Assembly (NCBI GenBank): GCA_052327205.1
Contig: CM126220.1
Location: forward strand, 42,718,001 to 42,782,000
Reading direction: 5' to 3'
DNA: 64,000 bases
DNA from: Somniosus microcephalus
Lineage: Eukaryota
Part shown: positions 61,532 to 64,000 of the stretch, in pieces
Position numbering within the stretch: position 1 is the stretch's first letter
How the letters are laid out: the number at the start of each line of letters is the position of its first letter
Translations under genes and position numbers: made by a program
Notes under the pieces: generated by a model
Seen by the model: the letters and a program-made list of their open reading frames with translations, nothing else
Told to the model about the DNA's origin: nothing
The model's database searches: none

Positions 61532-61953
61532 TGAAAGAGAGACTTAGATTTATGTAGCATTTTTCACAACCTTGGGACATAAAAAAGCGCTTTACAACTA
61601 ATTAAATACTTTAAAAGTGTAGTCACTGTCATAACTGCGGCAGTCAATTTGCGCACAGCAAGGTCCCATGAACAGCAATGTAATAATGACCAGACAATCT
61701 GTTTTAATATGATAAATATTGGCCAGGACACCGGGGAGAACTGCCCTACTCGTCTTCAAAATAGTGCCATAGGATCTTTTACATCCACCCAAGAGGGCAG
61801 ACCTTGGTTTAACGTCTCATCCGAAAGGCGGCACCTCTGAAAGTGCAGCCCTCCCTCAATACAGCACTGGAGTGACAGCTGAGTCTCTGGAGTGGGACTA
61901 TGAACTCACAACCTTCTGACTCAGAGGCGAGAGTGCTACCCACTGAGCTGTGG
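61532..61953 (-). mobile_element. Deu-domain SINE with small internal deletions
   Basis: Colinear with 581-1047. Confidence 0.8.
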
Positions 61954-62152
61954 CTTCATTGTATGGTGCTCCGGAGAGGGGAAATGGCACTGTGTTCTCA
62001 CAGAAACTCCTCACATAGTAAGGTTCCAATTGTGGAATTGCTGTCAAGGGGATATAGCAAATGGGAATCAGAAGCTCCTGCATAGTGACGGAGGGCAAAG
62101 TCAACCAGATTTATTTTAACCACTTCCATATAACCTATTTCAGAACGGTACT

Positions 62153-62477
62153 CACACAGAAACCCCACAGTGCAGATAGAGGCCATTTCGGCCCATCGAG
62201 CCTGCACCGACACATATCCCCACCCGATCCCCGTAACCCCTACACCAACACATATGCCACCCTATCCCTGTAACCCCACGTATTTAATCCCCCTAACACC
62301 AAGGGTCAATTTATCATAGCCAATCAACCTAACCCGCACATCTTTGGACTGTGGGAGGAAACCCACGCAAACACGGGGAGAATGTGCAAACTCCACACAG
62401 ACAGTCACCCGAGGCCGGATTCGAACCCGGGTCCCTGGCGCTGTGAGGCAACAGTGCTAACCACTATGCCACCGTAC
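62153..62477 (-). mobile_element. tRNA-derived V-SINE (HE1-like)
   Basis: Reverse complement of 31141-31462, with box A and box B. Confidence 0.85.
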
Positions 62478-62966
62478 CCACCGTACTGGCAGAAGCCTGA
62501 GAGCAAGTCAGCTGCCCACCATCTCAGGCAGGGTATGGGACCTGTCAGCAGGACCTAAAGCCTAAACAAGAACATAAAACAACATTAAAAATATGAATTT
62601 AAAAAAAGGACTTTTTAAATACATTTTCTATCTCAGCGACAGCAGCATTAGCATTAATAATTAATGTACAATTCATAATCATATATGGCAATGACTCTTC
62701 CTTATAATTTAGCCTTTATAGTTTCAACACGCTCATTAAAGGTAGAGTTGAATCTACATTATCTAAACCATGTACAAGGACAATTTAAGATCACTAATGT
62801 TCCCAATGTGTGAGAGGATTTTCACATAATTAAGTGCCTCAATATTCTAGGTTAAATGCTTGAAGACCACTGATCTGTAACTGATGCCTGAGGTTTATCT
62901 CCATGGCACTCAGTTGTCTAAACTAAGCCTATTTTACATCTTCAAATATTTATCCATAGAGATTAC

Positions 62967-63123
62967 GGGGATGATTTTAACCCAATCCATCTGGCAGGAA
63001 GGGGCTCCTGCGCAGTTAGGATCGCCTCCAACAGCTTACCGCCCAGTTCCACTCACTTTTAGGCAGCCGAGGTGCCCGCCTGACGCAGGTGGGTGCCTCA
63101 TTTACCATACCCTGCAAGGTCAG
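62967..63123. mobile_element. Left arm of a Harbinger-type MITE, interrupted by a Gypsy element
   Basis: Starts GGGGATGATTTTAACCC (TIR-like) with an abrupt switch to GC-rich sequence; right arm outside the window. Confidence 0.55.
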
Positions 63124-64000
63124 TGTTGTGTATGTACCTTTAAGAGAATAACTGGTCTCAGACTGCAGTACCGGCAGTGACCACCCCTGTATAAAAGGCG
63201 CTAGTGAGCCTCTGTTTTTTTAGTTTCACTATTGACTTCCACCAGTAAAGACTTATTTTGTTCCACTCCTGCAGTCCGTGTCTCAATTATTCACGGACGT
63301 AATACTGGCGACGAGTAAGAAACGAACTTACCTGCAACTCGGCAGCACCTCAGACGACGTTTTTGAAGGTCGAAGCCAGAAGAAAAAATAGAATCCACAG
63401 AAACTCGAGAAACGGGCGTCGACCGTGGGCAACCGCCCTCCAAATCGTCAGATTGAAAACTTGCAGGAGAGACTGTCAAGAGCCAGGCTTGGTTCCCCAG
63501 TCTGTGGTTTCCCAGCTAATCGGGCTGGTGGCAGGTAGTGCACTGATCCTTCCTGGGCTGTGGCGGGCGAGAGCTCGATCGGGTGGCTCTGTAACAGGGC
63601 CGGGCAGCAAGTCGGGAAGCAAAGAGAGAGAGAGGGTGGAGCACACAGGGCGCGGCCGGTGCTTCGAAGCCGGGCAGCGTTCGGACCTAAGAGGGAGGGA
63701 AGTGCCCCAGAGGGTCCGCTCCACGACGGGAAAATAATTAAAAAAAAAAAATTAAACGCGCAAGAAACCGTGGAAAGCAGCGCTAACAACAGCGGGGAAG
63801 AAGGCAAAGCGCGGGAGGCGCCATTTTAGATTTGCAAGATACCGAAGACTGGCTGTATCACTGCTTTTGATAATACAATAGAGGACTGGACCACGTATGT
63901 GGAAAGAGTCGAGGTATATTTCGAGGCAAACGAAATAGCGGAGGAGAAAAAGGCATCGATATTGCTAAACTTAATGGGCGCTAGAATGTACGGCCTATTG
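63124..64000 (+). mobile_element. 5' part of a second Mag-like Gypsy element (LTR about 63124-63304, PBS 63306-63315, leader, gag start)
   Basis: TGTTGTGTATGTA.CTTTAAGAGA, GTACCGG..GTGACCAC, TATAAAA and AGTAAAGAC are shared with the LTR at 15800; same PBS TGGCGACGAG. Confidence 0.88.
63839..64000 (+). pseudogene. Gypsy gag N-terminus with start codon changed to ATA (runs off window)
   Basis: IPKTGCITAFDNTIEDWTTYVERVEVYFEANEIAEEKKASILLNLMGARMYGLL aligns to MPKHGNITAFDSDVEDWATYVERIEVYCTANEVPDDKKALTLLNSMGAKTYGLL at 16766. Confidence 0.88.

Overview
Repeat-dominated vertebrate genomic DNA, very likely from a cartilaginous fish (shark), judged from HE1/V-SINE-like and Deu-domain SINEs, CR1 LINEs and Penelope-like relics. 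I could not identify any host protein-coding gene; every recognisable protein is transposon-derived. Main content: (1) a full-length, inactivated Mag-like Ty3/Gypsy element (15800-21035) nested in a PIF/Harbinger-type MITE, itself nested in a solo LTR, with all three target-site duplications (TSDs) intact; (2) a young CsRn1-like Gypsy element (42672-47290, tRNA-Trp primer-binding site, PBS); (3) the 5' part of a second Mag-like Gypsy at the right edge, again inside a MITE; (4) a 1.4-kb solo LTR; (5) many PIF/Harbinger derivatives, including a 2.9-kb element carrying only a spliced Myb/SANT gene, a transposase fossil and several MITEs; (6) CR1, L2, Tx1-like and Penelope-like fragments, some with minimal hammerhead ribozyme cores; (7) two long G-rich minisatellites. 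The most unusual signal is a cassette of four consecutive hairpins followed by a short GT-AG intron inside two diverged Harbinger-type MITEs. Hairpin order and pairing are kept while the stem sequences differ, which suggests a transposon-borne structured non-coding RNA. Family names come from motif recognition, not database searches, and repeat boundaries without TSD support are approximate.
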